Positions 1 to 12,300 of a DNA stretch of 64,000 nucleotides are shown here, piece by piece. The DNA comes from Candidatus Nomurabacteria bacterium (GTDB lineage Bacteria > Patescibacteriota > Saccharimonadia > Saccharimonadales > VXPC01), in NCBI GenBank assembly GCA_020631905.1, contig JACKGQ010000001.1, positions 165,854 to 229,853 on the forward strand. The letters run 5' to 3'. Position 1 is the first letter of the stretch, and each line of letters opens with the position of its first letter. The notes beneath the pieces were generated by a model. That model was not told the DNA's origin. It did not search any database and saw only the letters and a list, made by a program, of their open reading frames with translations. Made by a program: the position numbers and the translations under genes.

Positions 1-948
1 GCGAGTTACGCGACGCTGCCGATAGAATATAGGTGCTTTAGGTTCATTGAGCTTTCTCAGGAGTGCGATGACTAGCAGAATTGGGGCTGCAAGTACAATG
101 CCAATTAACGAGATGGAAACATCCGCCAACCGCTTTGTAACTCTACCCCAACCGATTAGAGGGGTCTGATGAACAGATATCACTGGATATCCCAATAGTA
201 GTTCAACTGTATTCTTGCCCGTGTAAAACTCGGCTTGAGCCGGGATGAATTTGTACTGCATATGACGGTTGCGTACACTGGCAAAAAGTTTACGGTTGGT
301 ATCTTCGTTGTCGTACATTTCGGTCTGAATAATCGTATGAACTTTTAGTTTACCTGCGGCTTCGATTGCAGAATGTACATTACTAAAATGCTGACCCTTA
401 AAGCCCTCTGGCAAAAATTGTTTTGCACAAACAATTGCCGCGACTTTATAGCCGCTCCCGTAGGCAGCCTCAATCTGTTTAGCTATATTTATTGTCACTT
501 CCGAGCTGCCGATAATCATCACATTGCGCACACCGTAGCCGTAGCGAAACATATATGTCCGGAACATCCATAAAATATTTCGAGCTAAAAATAGCAATAT
601 GAAGGCCAAGAAAAATCCATAGACTGGAATTATTCGTGCCGGAAATATGGTATCGTCTTGAACAAAATCGTAACCAATGACTGTTAATATGCCTATAAAA
701 GAACCTACAAGCAGGCGAGCGGCTTCTGGTAAACGCTTTTCGTAGATCGACTTAGAATACAGGCCAAGTCCGGCGTTAACAATTAACCACATTGGCAAAA
801 TTAGAAGAAAGATTTTAATGAACTCAAGTGGCGGAATATCCCGTGCGAGTGGACTTTCACTAAACACTACACGCACGATGTAGGCAACTGTGAAGGATGT
901 TAGTAATGCCAAAAAATCGGTCAGAATTAATAAGCTCGGATAAATCAT
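1..948 (-). CDS. Polyprenyl glycosylphosphotransferase (bacterial sugar transferase, WbaP-like), first 316 codons; gene runs off the left edge
   Basis: Absent from the ORF track because its stop lies outside the window. Reverse-strand ATG at 948-946 opens an uninterrupted frame to position 1: MIYPSLLILTDFLALLTSFTVAYIV... (multi-TM N-terminus), NVMIIGSSEV (nucleotide-binding-like linker), ending ...KRLADVSISLIGIVLAAPILLVIALLRKLNEPKAPIFYRQRRVTR, the usual start of the Bac_transf catalytic domain. Confidence 0.7.
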   Translation of the reverse strand, partial: MIYPSLLILTDFLALLTSFTVAYIVRVVFSESPLARDIPPLEFIKIFLLILPMWLIVNAGLGLYSKSIYEKRLPEAARLLVGSFIGILTVIGYDFVQDDTIFPARIIPVYGFFLAFILLFLARNILWMFRTYMFRYGYGVRNVMIIGSSEVTINIAKQIEAAYGSGYKVAAIVCAKQFLPEGFKGQHFSNVHSAIEAAGKLKVHTIIQTEMYDNEDTNRKLFASVRNRHMQYKFIPAQAEFYTGKNTVELLLGYPVISVHQTPLIGWGRVTKRLADVSISLIGIVLAAPILLVIALLRKLNEPKAPIFYRQRRVTR

Positions 949-988
949 TTGGGCATATTATACACCTGCTGCGCTATAATTATTTGGT

Positions 989-2101
989 ATGTCAAAGCAA
1001 CCTAGAATCGCTATCGTCCACGACTGGCTGACTAATTTGGGTGGTGCAGAACGCACGGTCCGAGCTCTTCTCGATGCCTACCCTCGAGCCGATCTGTATA
1101 CCTCGGTTTACGACAAAGATGGTCTCGATCTGTTTCGAGATGTCGAAGTCAGAACCACCTGGCTGCAGAAAATTCCTGGCAAGCTTAAATTTAAGCATCA
1201 GCTCTGGGTGCCTCTCCGCCCGCTGGCTTTTCGTTCTTTAAATCTCAAAGATTACGACATTATCATCAGTAGTTCGAGTGCCGAGGCCAAGCAAGTGCGT
1301 GGCGGCTCTAGGACGGTCCATATATGTTACTGCCATACGCCAATTCGTTATTTCTGGGTTAACCCCGAAAAATATATGCGCGAGCCAGGTCTTGGACCTC
1401 TTAACTTTTTGGCGCCAGTTATTGTGCCCCTCTTCCTGAAGGCACTCAAAAGGAGTGACTACAAAGCAGCTCAGAAGATCGACGTGTTTATCGCCAATTC
1501 TAAGGCAGTCCAAAGTAGAATTGCCAAATACTATGATCGTGATTCAAAGATTGTCTATCCGCCCGTGCAAATCGACCGATTCCGGCAATCAAAGCCACCC
1601 AAAAGAGCCGGCTTTATAACTGCTGGCAGACAAGTCGCCTACAAAAGACACGACTTAGCAATCGAAGCCTGCAACAAACTTGAGTTGCCTCTACTAGTTT
1701 TAGGGAACGGCCCTGAACATGAACGGCTAAAACATATTGCTGGGCCGACAATAACCTTCAACTCGAATCCAAGCGATCAAGACATCGAAGGCGCCTTTAA
1801 GTCCGCACGCGCCTTTATACACCCAGGCGAGGAAGATTTCGGGATTACTCCGATCGAAGCTATGGCGGCAGGTACACCAGTAATCGCCTATATGGCTGGT
1901 GGCGCCTTGGATTACATCAAGCCAGCTATAAATGGAGAGTTTTTCGATCGCCAAACTCCTACTAGTTTAGAAAAAGCCCTGAAAAACTTCGATACGAAGA
2001 AATATAAACACAACATAGTCTCCCAGTCTGCCCTTGAATTTAGTCTAGAAAAATTCCAAAAAAATATCGCTAAGATTATTGATATGTCTACTCGACCGTG
2101 A
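989..2101 (+). CDS. Glycosyltransferase family 4
   Basis: 370-aa ORF. N-terminus IAIVHDWLTNLGGAERTV and C-terminal FIHPGEEDFGITPIEAMAAGTPVIAY (E-x7-E-type GT-B motif) are typical of GT4 enzymes. It sits next to the WbaP-like gene. Confidence 0.8.
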   Translation: MSKQPRIAIVHDWLTNLGGAERTVRALLDAYPRADLYTSVYDKDGLDLFRDVEVRTTWLQKIPGKLKFKHQLWVPLRPLAFRSLNLKDYDIIISSSSAEAKQVRGGSRTVHICYCHTPIRYFWVNPEKYMREPGLGPLNFLAPVIVPLFLKALKRSDYKAAQKIDVFIANSKAVQSRIAKYYDRDSKIVYPPVQIDRFRQSKPPKRAGFITAGRQVAYKRHDLAIEACNKLELPLLVLGNGPEHERLKHIAGPTITFNSNPSDQDIEGAFKSARAFIHPGEEDFGITPIEAMAAGTPVIAYMAGGALDYIKPAINGEFFDRQTPTSLEKALKNFDTKKYKHNIVSQSALEFSLEKFQKNIAKIIDMSTRP

Positions 2102-3890
2102 CCGATTTCGCCAAATTTCTAGGCTTATCAACGTCGTAACCAAGTTTGGTACCCGCATAATACGCCAGCAGCTGTACATAAATTGAAGTAGCAAACGGCT
2201 GTACATAGTCTTGGATTCCGGGAACCTTTATTAGGCACTTACTTATATCGCTAACATCACTAAGCCGATCACTGCCGAAAGCGAACACGGGACCCTTGCG
2301 AGCATGAACTTCTTGTAAGTTGCTGGCCGTCTTGTCGTAAACATCGTTATACGGCGCCAAAGCAATGGTTGCAAAATTATTGTCAATCAAGGCCAACGGT
2401 CCGTGTTTAAGCTCACCTGCAGAGTAGCCCTCCGCGTGGATATAACTCACCTCCTTAAGTTTCAATGCAGCCTCAAGAGATAACGGATACATATATTTTC
2501 TACCTATAAACACAGTATTTTTATAGGTAGAAATTTGCTCTGCCATTCTTTTGACAGCTTTGTGTTCGGCAAGCGCCTCACTCATTAAGTCCGGTATCCT
2601 AAGCAGAGCTTCGATTATCTCTCGACTTCTGACGCCTGAAATATACATACCTATCATATATAAACATACAACTTGGCAGACAAAGGCTTTCGTAGAGGCA
2701 ACACCGATTTCTGGACCAGCATGGGTATAGACCCCAGCATCTGTCTCACGAGCAATGCTGCTACCTACCACGTTTACTAAGCCCAAAGTTAATAATTTCT
2801 TTTGTTTGGCCAGCTTAACCGCTTCGAGTGTGTCCGCCGTCTCGCCGGACTGACTAATTGCGAGGATGGCCGTACGGCCATCTAGTGGCTCGTCATGGTA
2901 TCGAAATTCACTTGCCAATCGAACTTCGACAGGTATTCTGCAGTGTTCTTCAATAAAATATTTTCCAGTCATACCCGCATAGTAGCTTGTGCCACAGGCA
3001 ACAATTAGCAGACGGTCGACTGTTTTCAGTCTCTCGGCAACATCCTTCAATCCCCCCAGCTTAACCGTATCTCTTTCTGGCTTTACTCGCCCAGCCATGC
3101 TGTTTTTGATAGCATCTACAGATTCATGTATTTCCTTAAGCATAAAGTGGGGGAAGCCCTGCTTACTAAACTCCTCGTTGCTAATATTGATATCTTGCGC
3201 CTGCTTGTCTACAGGCAATATATTTAAGTCATATATTCTGATATCAGATCCTTCAATCTCGACGATCTCGTCGTCATCGGGGTAAATCGCTTTGTTGCAG
3301 CCCTCGGGTAGAGCGGATATGTCTGAAGCCACCGCGGCACCCTTGCCATCACTAGCCACCACCATCGGGCTAGATTTCCTGGCTGCATACAGTCGGTTTC
3401 CCTGCTCTGCCAATACCACAATTGCGTATGAGCCTTTAAGCTGCCTAACCGCATCTACCACTGCATCGCGCAAGGAACCTGTCTTCGAATAGAAGTAGTG
3501 TATAAGATTAGGGATGACTTCAGTGTCTGTGTTTGTCTTAAGTTTATAGCCATTATTCTCTAAGAATGTGCGTATGTCTTTATGGTTCTCGATAATCCCA
3601 TTGTGTACAACAGCGATGCTACCATCGTTGCAAACATGAGGATGGGCATTGGCAGCAGCTCCCCGTGGGTGGCCATCGCGCGTGGCCAATACCGATCGTC
3701 AGAAGAATCTCGTTCGGCAATGGGGCTCAAGCCCAGCAACAAATCCTTTGACCTTATGAACAAATATTTTACCCTCTCTCGAAGAACTGCAATGCCCGCA
3801 GAATCGTAACCGCAGTATTCAGGCTTTGGGCCTGAGATAAGTTTTTCCTGACTTTAGCGATACCTGTAACACTGCAATTATTCCGCACAT
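2088..3890 (-). pseudogene. glmS: Glutamine--fructose-6-phosphate aminotransferase (GlmS); the 5' ~250 nt is disrupted by several frameshifts
   Basis: The 533-aa ORF 2088-3689 carries NAHPH...VVHNGIIEN, two SIS domains and the C-terminal KPRNLAKSVTVE. The true N-terminus MCGIIAV starts at 3890. EYCGYDSAGIAV, GIGHARW, ATHG and AANAHPH lie in different frames between about 3640 and 3890, and there is a stop after 23 codons in the MCGI frame. Confidence 0.8.
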
Positions 3891-4539
3891 GGAATATGAT
3901 ATATACCAAATCAAGACCATATTGCTTAAATGTTGTCAAAAAGTTTCAGCAAGTTATCCTGCAGGCGGTCGTGTGTTTACGGTTATGTTATAATTTAGCT
4001 ACATAAAATTATTAATATGTCTAAAAAACTCACTTTTGACCACTACTACTCTTTGTTTTGCTTGCATTGGCTACTTTAGCTTATTAATTGGTTTGCGTCA
4101 AGATTCTCCCAAGCCAAGATAATTCATCGGACCCAAATGTTGCAACAAGGAATCAAATTGATTATTCCCCGAGTACTAAAAGACGCTGACTACGTTAGAA
4201 GTATCAAAAGATAAACTTTCGACAGACGCCAATGGAACAACCGAGCCAATCTACCGATGGTTCGATGTCAATCACAATTACGCGCAGTGTTTGGCAGCGA
4301 TACAGCGACGATTGGATCAAGAGCTAATTGGCTTTATCGCAGATTCTTGCACCACAAAGATTAGCGATGGCATGTCTCAGATAGAGGCAACATCTGTCGC
4401 GGTGTCGGCAAACGGAACGTATGGGTGTAATGCTAAGCTCAATACTTCAAGCCTTGGCAAAGATACTGACTGGATAGTTACCATTACTGCGAATGACGTG
4501 AATGTTTCGCAAACCTACTCTAGAGAGGAGGCGCGTTGA

Positions 4540-6561
4540 GTGAAAGGAAAGAAGTTTTAGGTGTTGCCCTGTTTTCTAGCCAGCATTGTTTTTGCCCTCT
4601 TAGCGCTTTCATGGGCTTAATGGTAATGATTTTCCTCACGGGAGGATAATCGATGATGTTGTATTTCGCAACAAAAGCTCAATGACCGTCCAAGAGATTC
4701 AGACCTTCCTAGAATCAAAAGTTAACGGAGGTGCCTGTGATCGATACCGAGCCGGCGTATAACTCTGGCTACAACCCCCTGGACGTGCTTATTTGAATTC
4801 AGGCAGAACGCCCGACAACTGGGGCAAATAACTATGGTCAATTTAATCCGGATGGCTCGCCCGCATCGGTTTCTGGTGGTCAATCTGCCGCACAAATAAT
4901 CTGGCAGGCAGGGCAAGACTACAACATTAACCCGCAGGTGTTAATTGTCTTACTCCAGAAAGAGCAAGGTCTAGTGACGGACAACTGGCCATGGACGATC
5001 CAATACAGCAAAGCGACCGGATACAACTGTCCCGACACCGCACCGTGTAATCCAGCGAGTGCAGATTTTGTAAAACAAGTTAGGGGTGCTGCCTGGTCGT
5101 TTAATTACTATATCGAGCATCTAGATAGCTACTGGTACGGGATAGGTAGCAACGATATCTTGTATAACCCAAATACCGCATGTGGCCGAAAAACGATTAA
5201 TATCGAAAATGCTGCTACTGTAGCCCTATACCTATATACCCCCTACACACCAAACCAAGCTGCCCTTGACTAATTTGCCTTACAGCACAGGCGACTCATG
5301 TAGCACCCTAGACAAATTTCTGGAGTATTTTAAGTAATGATTGGTTTTGGTACTTTTACACAACCTACCTATGCCACCTTGCCTTATACAAAGTTAGTGA
5401 GCTATAAGGGTTGAACAGTAGTTCAGACAAAATATCGACTGTCGAACTTTGTTTCTGGCTTAGTCCTCAAATATGGTATGACAGACAGGCTCGAACTGGC
5501 GACGCGCACCGGACGGGTTAGCAGGTCGTACTATGCACCAATAAACCTCTGGGCGGGAAGCAGCCAGTTTGGCTCACCTGCATGGGAACCAATGCTAATG
5601 TTCCCTGGTCGTGACTTCAGTGCAGTTTATGGACGGGGTAACACTTGCCAGCAACCAACACATGGCAGAACCCGGCGGGTAGTAAAGTATATATTCGATG
5701 TCTCCAGTATACGGCTCGATTGATCTATATACCGGCTTTAAACCTAGCCTGTTTCCAGAAACCAAATGAATTTAACAGGCCGTAAGTTTTGTTGATGTTG
5801 AGATAGTGCAAGTGACGCCTCTGCCGACTACTACAGGTATCGGCACCAATCACGTGATTCCTGGAACAACGGCGTAGAAGTGGAGCTATATAGTATGGGG
5901 AATGAGCAATACAAAAATGGTATGATCAGACCGCAACCGAAGGACAAATCTCAGAAAGACAATGTTATATACTAAGCCTATCGGGAACATCGACATTTTA
6001 CGGAATGCGTGGTCTAACACTGTGCCCTCTCCAGACTTCAGTGCAGTTTATGAAGCAGACAGGAGTAACACTTGCCCAGCAACCAACATGTCGCCAATCC
6101 AGGAGCAAATTGTAAAGTACGTCGTGACTCTAAGTGTGCCGATGAATACTCCTCGGTCAAATATCCTTGTACTTTCAGCCTTCACTGTTATTCAAAAGCC
6201 TGGCGTCATGAACGACGCTAACTCTTTATAGACAGATGTACAGAAACCAGTCTACGCCATGCTGTACGCTAAGAGTGTTGTCATCCTGCTCAGAATGTAC
6301 ATTCCGTCAACTAAAAACAGTGGCAATATATGGCTTGGTATGATCAAATTATCTATGGATGCGCCTTCGGGCACTAAGAAAGGTCTATCTCTGTATAAGC
6401 CCCTCGGAAACAGCTCACTATTTGGATCCAGCTGGGGAGTTAACAAGAATGTGCCTGGCTATAATTTCAGTAAAGTATATAAAGCGACAGGTAACGCGCA
6501 AATAACCAACGCATGTGTAGTACTGCCGGACCAAATCAAATCGATACGATGTAGAATTTAA
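4540..6561 (+). pseudogene. Secreted cell-wall-associated protein remnant with three C-terminal repeat modules
   Basis: Signal-peptide-like start, then SMTVQEIQTFLESKV, AAQIIWQAGQDYNINPQVLIVLLQKEQGLVTDNWPW...CPDTAPC...YTPYTPNQAAL, then TNLPYSTGDSCS / NFWSILSNDWF / GTFTQPTYA in three different frames within about 100 nt. Three downstream modules share a DFSAVY...NTC-type motif (ORFs 5478-5723, 5962-6231, 6259-6561). Confidence 0.45.
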
Positions 6562-9500
6562 CGGCCCTCGATATGTTGGCCGGGGAATATCGAACTAGGT
6601 TTAAGCCTTCATTGTTGTTCCGCGATGTCCGATCCTTTAACGACCCAACGCATCGTTTTATCGACATTACGATGACTATTAAAGTACTTCTTCAGCAATA
6701 ATTCTTGTGTATGGGTCTGCCGCTGTTGCCTTGCTGTCATGTGCTGCGGGTATAAAGTTGTCACGATTAATCACCCAGTCGATCATCATCTGAATAATCA
6801 TAAAAAGCAACACCACTTTCTTCCGCTATGCTTTTAAACTTCATCAGGATTTGATCGTAATTGAGGCTCCTGTAAATTTGATATTCTGGCGCATGGATAA
6901 TAAGATAAACCTTAATATTAGCTATTAGTTCCTTTAAGCTGTATGATGTCCTAGGAATGCGCATTGCAAAATCGTTCTCGATTGGGTAGATTTAAACCCC
7001 CTCAGGGTTGGCTTCGACAGATCATCAAACTTCATCCCAATCTTTGTCTAGCCAGGCCCTGCCTTTCGTCTCGATCTCGGGTCAGTTCTGATGCAGGTGC
7101 AATGGGTAATCAGTGATTGTTCGAGGCGGCTATCTTTATATAGCCCAAACTTATCATAATTACATATCTTAACTTTGTAAATACTGGATCTAGTTCTGAT
7201 AGTTGGTTGTACAAGATATCGTCAGATGAAGTATTATGGTACGCTACTGCTGAGGTCTGAATATTTTTATTATTGTCTGCTTATTGGGTACCAGTGATGC
7301 TGCAGCATCAAGACTAATAATGTTGTGCTCGGTGCTGTTATGCCTGAGATATGCAGGACAAATTAGTGGTTAAAACATGTGTCACTACCATTCAAACCAG
7401 AATTAATGGTCTCTGTATGTTGTCAGTGATTCGATTAAGCTGCAGTCGTAATGCACCAATGCCATGTGATGATCAACGACAGCTATATCGGCGTCGATCT
7501 TTCCATCGATTGTCCATATGGCATAATCATTCTGAGTTAGCATTTTTGGGGAATCGCTGATCTCGGCAGCTTGTCGACTAAAAACAATCAAGTATTAAAT
7601 ACCCCGAAGATATCGGAATAAGACTCTGAATAATTTGGGAACTGAAATAGATAGATTCATTGTGAATCTCCATAGTTATTACTAACAATATCGACAACGT
7701 GTAGATGTTTCACCTCAGCCACGTAATGGGCAGCCTAGGAATTTTTCTGGGATATCGCCGTTCCTCTGGCCCAGGTGAACAAGTTCCGCAACTGCGATCA
7801 CAATCAACAGGATTATGATCTCCTCTTTCTTACTGAACCTCGCAGAATCGGGCCAACTTGTCTAAAGACACTAAGTTACCTAGGTCTTTTAACAAATCCA
7901 TCGATGACGTCTGCTCAGACTTGATTATATAAATGCATCGAATCGAGGCTGCTCGAAAAATATCCAACCCACACATACGAGTATATGCTCAAATTATGAA
8001 TTACCCTCCATAACATCTGAAGCGACCCGACTTTCCTCCTAGCCATTCTTTTTTGCCTTAGTCTATGTGCACTCCGGTAATGATTCCAGCGAATGCTAGG
8101 TAAGACCCGTGCAGTAATCCCCAAAAGATAAATGTTAACGCAGCACCATGCATAGCCCACTAAAGGTTATCATCAAGTTGTAATACCATCTCATAACAAC
8201 GCGGTTACCGCCAAGCGGTATATATAAATAATCAATCTCTAAACTTCAGGTTGATATGAAATGTGCCATCGACCAAAATTCAGATATCGACGAAATATAG
8301 CCGATCAATTCTTCATTAAATCGTGGCCAAGTAGTCTATGAGCCTATCGCAATGTCAGAATACCCAGAAAAGTCTCCAAGATCTGAAAGGCGATACTCAA
8401 TAACGAGCGTTAGCCATCGTACGAATGTTAAAGGTTATTATTGAATATCTCGTTGGCAATTACGCTCTGTCGCTTAATAGCCACTTTCTTAAATAGTCCC
8501 CAAACAATCAGTATCAAGCCACTCCTGATCCGCTCTAGGTCAGGCTTAATTTTCTTTTTTAGTTGTGGCAGTAATCTAGACGACCTCGATTGGGCCGGCT
8601 ACAAGTTGTGGAAAATAATACATACAACGCAAAATACCAAGGTGCTTTTCTGGTTTTATTTTTTCTTATATACATCGATGGTGTAGCTCATCTCGTCTGG
8701 AAATGATATAGAAAGATATGCCTACAAGGCAGGGGGTGAGTTGAGGGCGATATCTGGATAGTTCCAGCCGATTAAGTTTATAATATCAGTGAGACGTTGA
8801 AAATTGAAATACTTAAACAAAATAACAAGCCAAGGTTAGACATCAGACTTACATATAGCCATTTACGTCTATGCTTGGCGTTTCTCTTCGACATCATTAA
8901 GGATGCTGTATGTAGTCAATGAGGTTGACGCGACGATTAAGAAATGAATTTGCATTCCAACTCATATAGAATGTGTAGCTAGCACCCAATAATAAACCAT
9001 CGAACCTATATGGTGATGAGTAATACAACAAGAATACGGTCAGTAAAATATCGGAAGGTACGAGAACGGGTTAAATAACAAAATGTATGGCCTCAAATTA
9101 ACGCATGGGATTCTATCAACTCTCCGATTGAATTAAAATTGTTATTTGTCATCTATTTTTCTTTAAAATTTTCATGAATTTATATAGCATTATCGAGGAC
9201 TAGCTGATGTCATACCACAAAAAGCAAAGACATTTAAATGACAAAAAAAGAACTCAAGCTGGCTGAACAACTAGCCGTTGAAAAAATAAGAAATGTACAA
9301 GCAGTTTGTATGATCTAGAATTGGAGAGTTTTAGAACCATAAACTTTATAAAGATTCGTAAAAAATCCTGTCAAAGGATTTACTTCTAACGACCGAAATA
9401 CCATCCCTACTAAAGCGGGCGGAAAAATCTACCTTCCTTCTGAAATGCCGACAGCCAAGATTTTCTAGACAACGCATAGACGGACGTGATAGGCTTATCA

Positions 9501-10379
9501 AAATACTCCCCCTTTAAATGGTACCCCCGTTAAAGTTGCCGTAATTGGCGAGGTCGACTGGCTGAACACCATTACACTATTATTACCTTTCAAGATAAAT
9601 TCCGGCCCATGGGAATATTGCCGAGTTGGCATAGAAATGCTGGTAATTAACCCTGGTAGCAAGTCAGTAGCTTTCCAGGCAATACATCCAATTCAGCCAT
9701 CTGCAAAAAATTTATCAACGCAGGCGTGCTGCCCGGTGATTTATTGGCTAAGTAAGCGCAACCTTGACGACCCACTCTATTTATTAAACCACCCATATCA
9801 TAGGTACAAGCCTTAACAAACAATTCAGTATAAAAACAAGAAGTTATCAGCATCCATGTTTTGTTAATCCATTAAAACAAATCAAAAACTGGTCTCTGAA
9901 GTCGCCCAAAGATACGATTTGTCTTTAGAGGCTGATCCAATAACCCTAAAGTTGATCTCAAGCTAGCAGGCGCTTCAACTTCGGGAATCCATCACAACTC
10001 AAGAAAGCCAATCAAGCTGCACTTGATATAGTAAATTTTAAGTCCGAAGAACTGGAAATTGGTCGCTACTCCACACATCGCAGTTGGATGTCCTGCGGTC
10101 GCAAAGCCCAATATTCGAGCAGGTTATTCATATCCATACACATATACGTCTATAGATAAAAGCAAACCGCTCGACAGATTGAGCGAAGGCCGTTCTGTTT
10201 ATTGATGGCGTCGGGGGTGATGATTTTTGCATCGTTTCTAGGCATTTAGGGCTCTTCCTCTTGGAGTCCTAGGTGTAGACCTAAGACCCTAGAAATATCG
10301 ATTATTCTCTCGACCTCTAGACAGGAGCACATCAAGCATGCACTCCGAAAATATTAATCGCCAAATATGAAAACAAAAG

Positions 10380-10930
10380 GCTGGTAATGGTGTTGCGGTG
10401 ATACCGGTTTTTAACATAATAGCCGACATCAAGAAGATTGCGTCAAGTTACCGTTCAACGCTAAAGGTTATTAGCCGGCCGAGCAGTATTGGTATTTTTA
10501 GCGAGAACCTTAATCTCGCCCTAGACGAAAAGTACTGGTGACCTGATCACTAAAATGGATGATGATGACTGGTATGGACCAGAACACCTATAGACGACCT
10601 GTACGCCCGCCCTGATCTGCTCAGACAGCGCCGGATTGTTGTAAAATGGGGTAACTTTGTTTACTTGTCTCAGACTGATGGGAGATGCTGGTTGCCACAA
10701 AACGAAGAGACCTACGTGATACCAGCTCCCAGGCGCAACGATTATGGCCTCCCGCGATATAATGAAAAAATGAGATTCGGAATTGTAAAACGAAACGACT
10801 CAGAACTTCACCGGCTAGCAATGCGGGCAGTAGGCTCTGCTATCAACGCACAGATATATGCTTTATTAGAGTTCATATGATAATCCATACCTACAAACAA
10901 GAAGATGAAGCATTTCTAGCAGATGCCGAT
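10380..10930 (+). pseudogene. Glycosyltransferase family 2-like remnant
   Basis: (V)IPVFN-like start near 10400 and ITKMDDDDWYGPEHL (10546-10590) followed directly by TAG. Frames break on both sides. Confidence 0.4.
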
Positions 10931-11025
10931 GGCAGCCCATGGGACAACCTAGACCTTAAAAACACTTTTATTTAAATGCCTGCTTCAATATAATCGCATA
11001 TACTCATGTAAGCTTAAAAGTGTAG

Positions 11026-12300
11026 ATGAAAGTTACTGCTGTTGTGGGTTTATGGGGTATGTTGGGTTGCCCTTCTTTGCTACAACTAGCAAGAATGGTT
11101 ATGATGATGTATGGGAGATTGTAGATTTAGATGAATCAAAGTCGGTTAATAAATAGCGGTAGTCACCATTTGTTGACGGTATGTCCGAATCTATGTCTCC
11201 AACAAGATCAAAGTATTCGACATATCAAATATAAGTGACTCGGATATTATTGTGTCATGTCTGTGTTCAACTCCGGTAAAAAACAGTATCAGGCCAGATC
11301 TTGAACCACGCCAAGGCGCCATTTTGAAACATTGGCTCCACCTAAAGGGGTGCCCTACTGGTATTGAATTGAAATCAACGATTAACCCGGGTGTCTGCGA
11401 AGCAATAGTAATCCTTGATGGAAGAATGCGGTAAGTCACTTCTAGCTACATGATCCGCTCATTGTCCGGAAGAATAAACCCTGGTGATCCTAAGTGGAAC
11501 GTTGGCAACATAAACCGAGTGGTTGGCGCCGACAGTAAGGAAAGCTCTAGGTGTGCTTATTTGATCAGGTTTATAAGCATCGTGAACAGCACCATAAAAC
11601 CAATGGGGTCGAATAAAACCGAGGCAGATTAAGGTCGTCGAGAATTCATTTAGAGATATAAATATTGCTTTCGTTAATGAGTTAGCTATGTCTTTCTCAA
11701 AGAATGGATATCAATATCGAGAACGTAATAGACGGAGCAGCCACAAAACCTTTGCATTTATACCCACACCGTCAGTGTTAGTGTTAGTAGACACTGCATC
11801 CCAGTTGACCCATACCTATCTAATCGAATATACCCCGCGGTTATGGTTTCGAGCGCATGATTTTCTGCGTTTGTAAGAAGAATAAACAGTTTATGTATAC
11901 TGTCGAGTTGTTAATCGATTCACTCAACAAAGGCTGAACTGCCAGTTAAAACACTAAGATTGCGCTTTCTGCTGGACTTTCTACAAAACCAAACGTCGAT
12001 GATGATAGTAAAGGCCCATCCTACGAAGTTAAAAGCTGTTGCCGCACTGAACCTGGAGCAAGATTTGAATGTCTATGATCCATTGCTAAAACTCCAGCTA
12101 CCTCAATCTAAGCACTCAAGTGTCGGCCGTACTAATCGCTACTCATCACGACCTATTCAAAAGAAAATCAAAACAAAAGTCAGTTCAAGAACATCGTAGT
12201 AATTGATGGACCTGCCGCATATAAGATCGTCGCCAAGAATTTGAAAAGGCAAATATTATTTACAGAGGTTGGAATTAGTAGTTCCGCATTAAAACTGCCA
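11026..12300 (+). pseudogene. Nucleotide-sugar dehydrogenase (UDP-glucose/GDP-mannose dehydrogenase family) remnant
   Basis: MKVTAVVGL.GYVGLP-like Rossmann start at 11026. SFRDINIAFVNELAM, GIDV-like and GGHCIPVDPY-like blocks (read as RHCIPVDPYL near 11790) are recoverable only across multiple frames and stops. Confidence 0.55.

Noticed and set aside
7781-7791. 11-nt match (AAGTTCCGCAA) to the conserved L internal-loop strand inside the ORF desert
   Set aside because: The flanks show none of the L helices or the partner loop. The match is compatible with chance in 128 kb of two-strand sequence.
7050-8450. MBOAT-type O-acyltransferase remnant, with a DltD/SGNH-like partner at 6560-7000, on the reverse strand
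   Set aside because: Only weak resemblances were seen (LWRVIHNLS... versus the W-R-R-W-H-x-S-L-S block; VYLIIHAPEYQIY). That is too little to annotate without a search, so it is left inside the generic desert feature.
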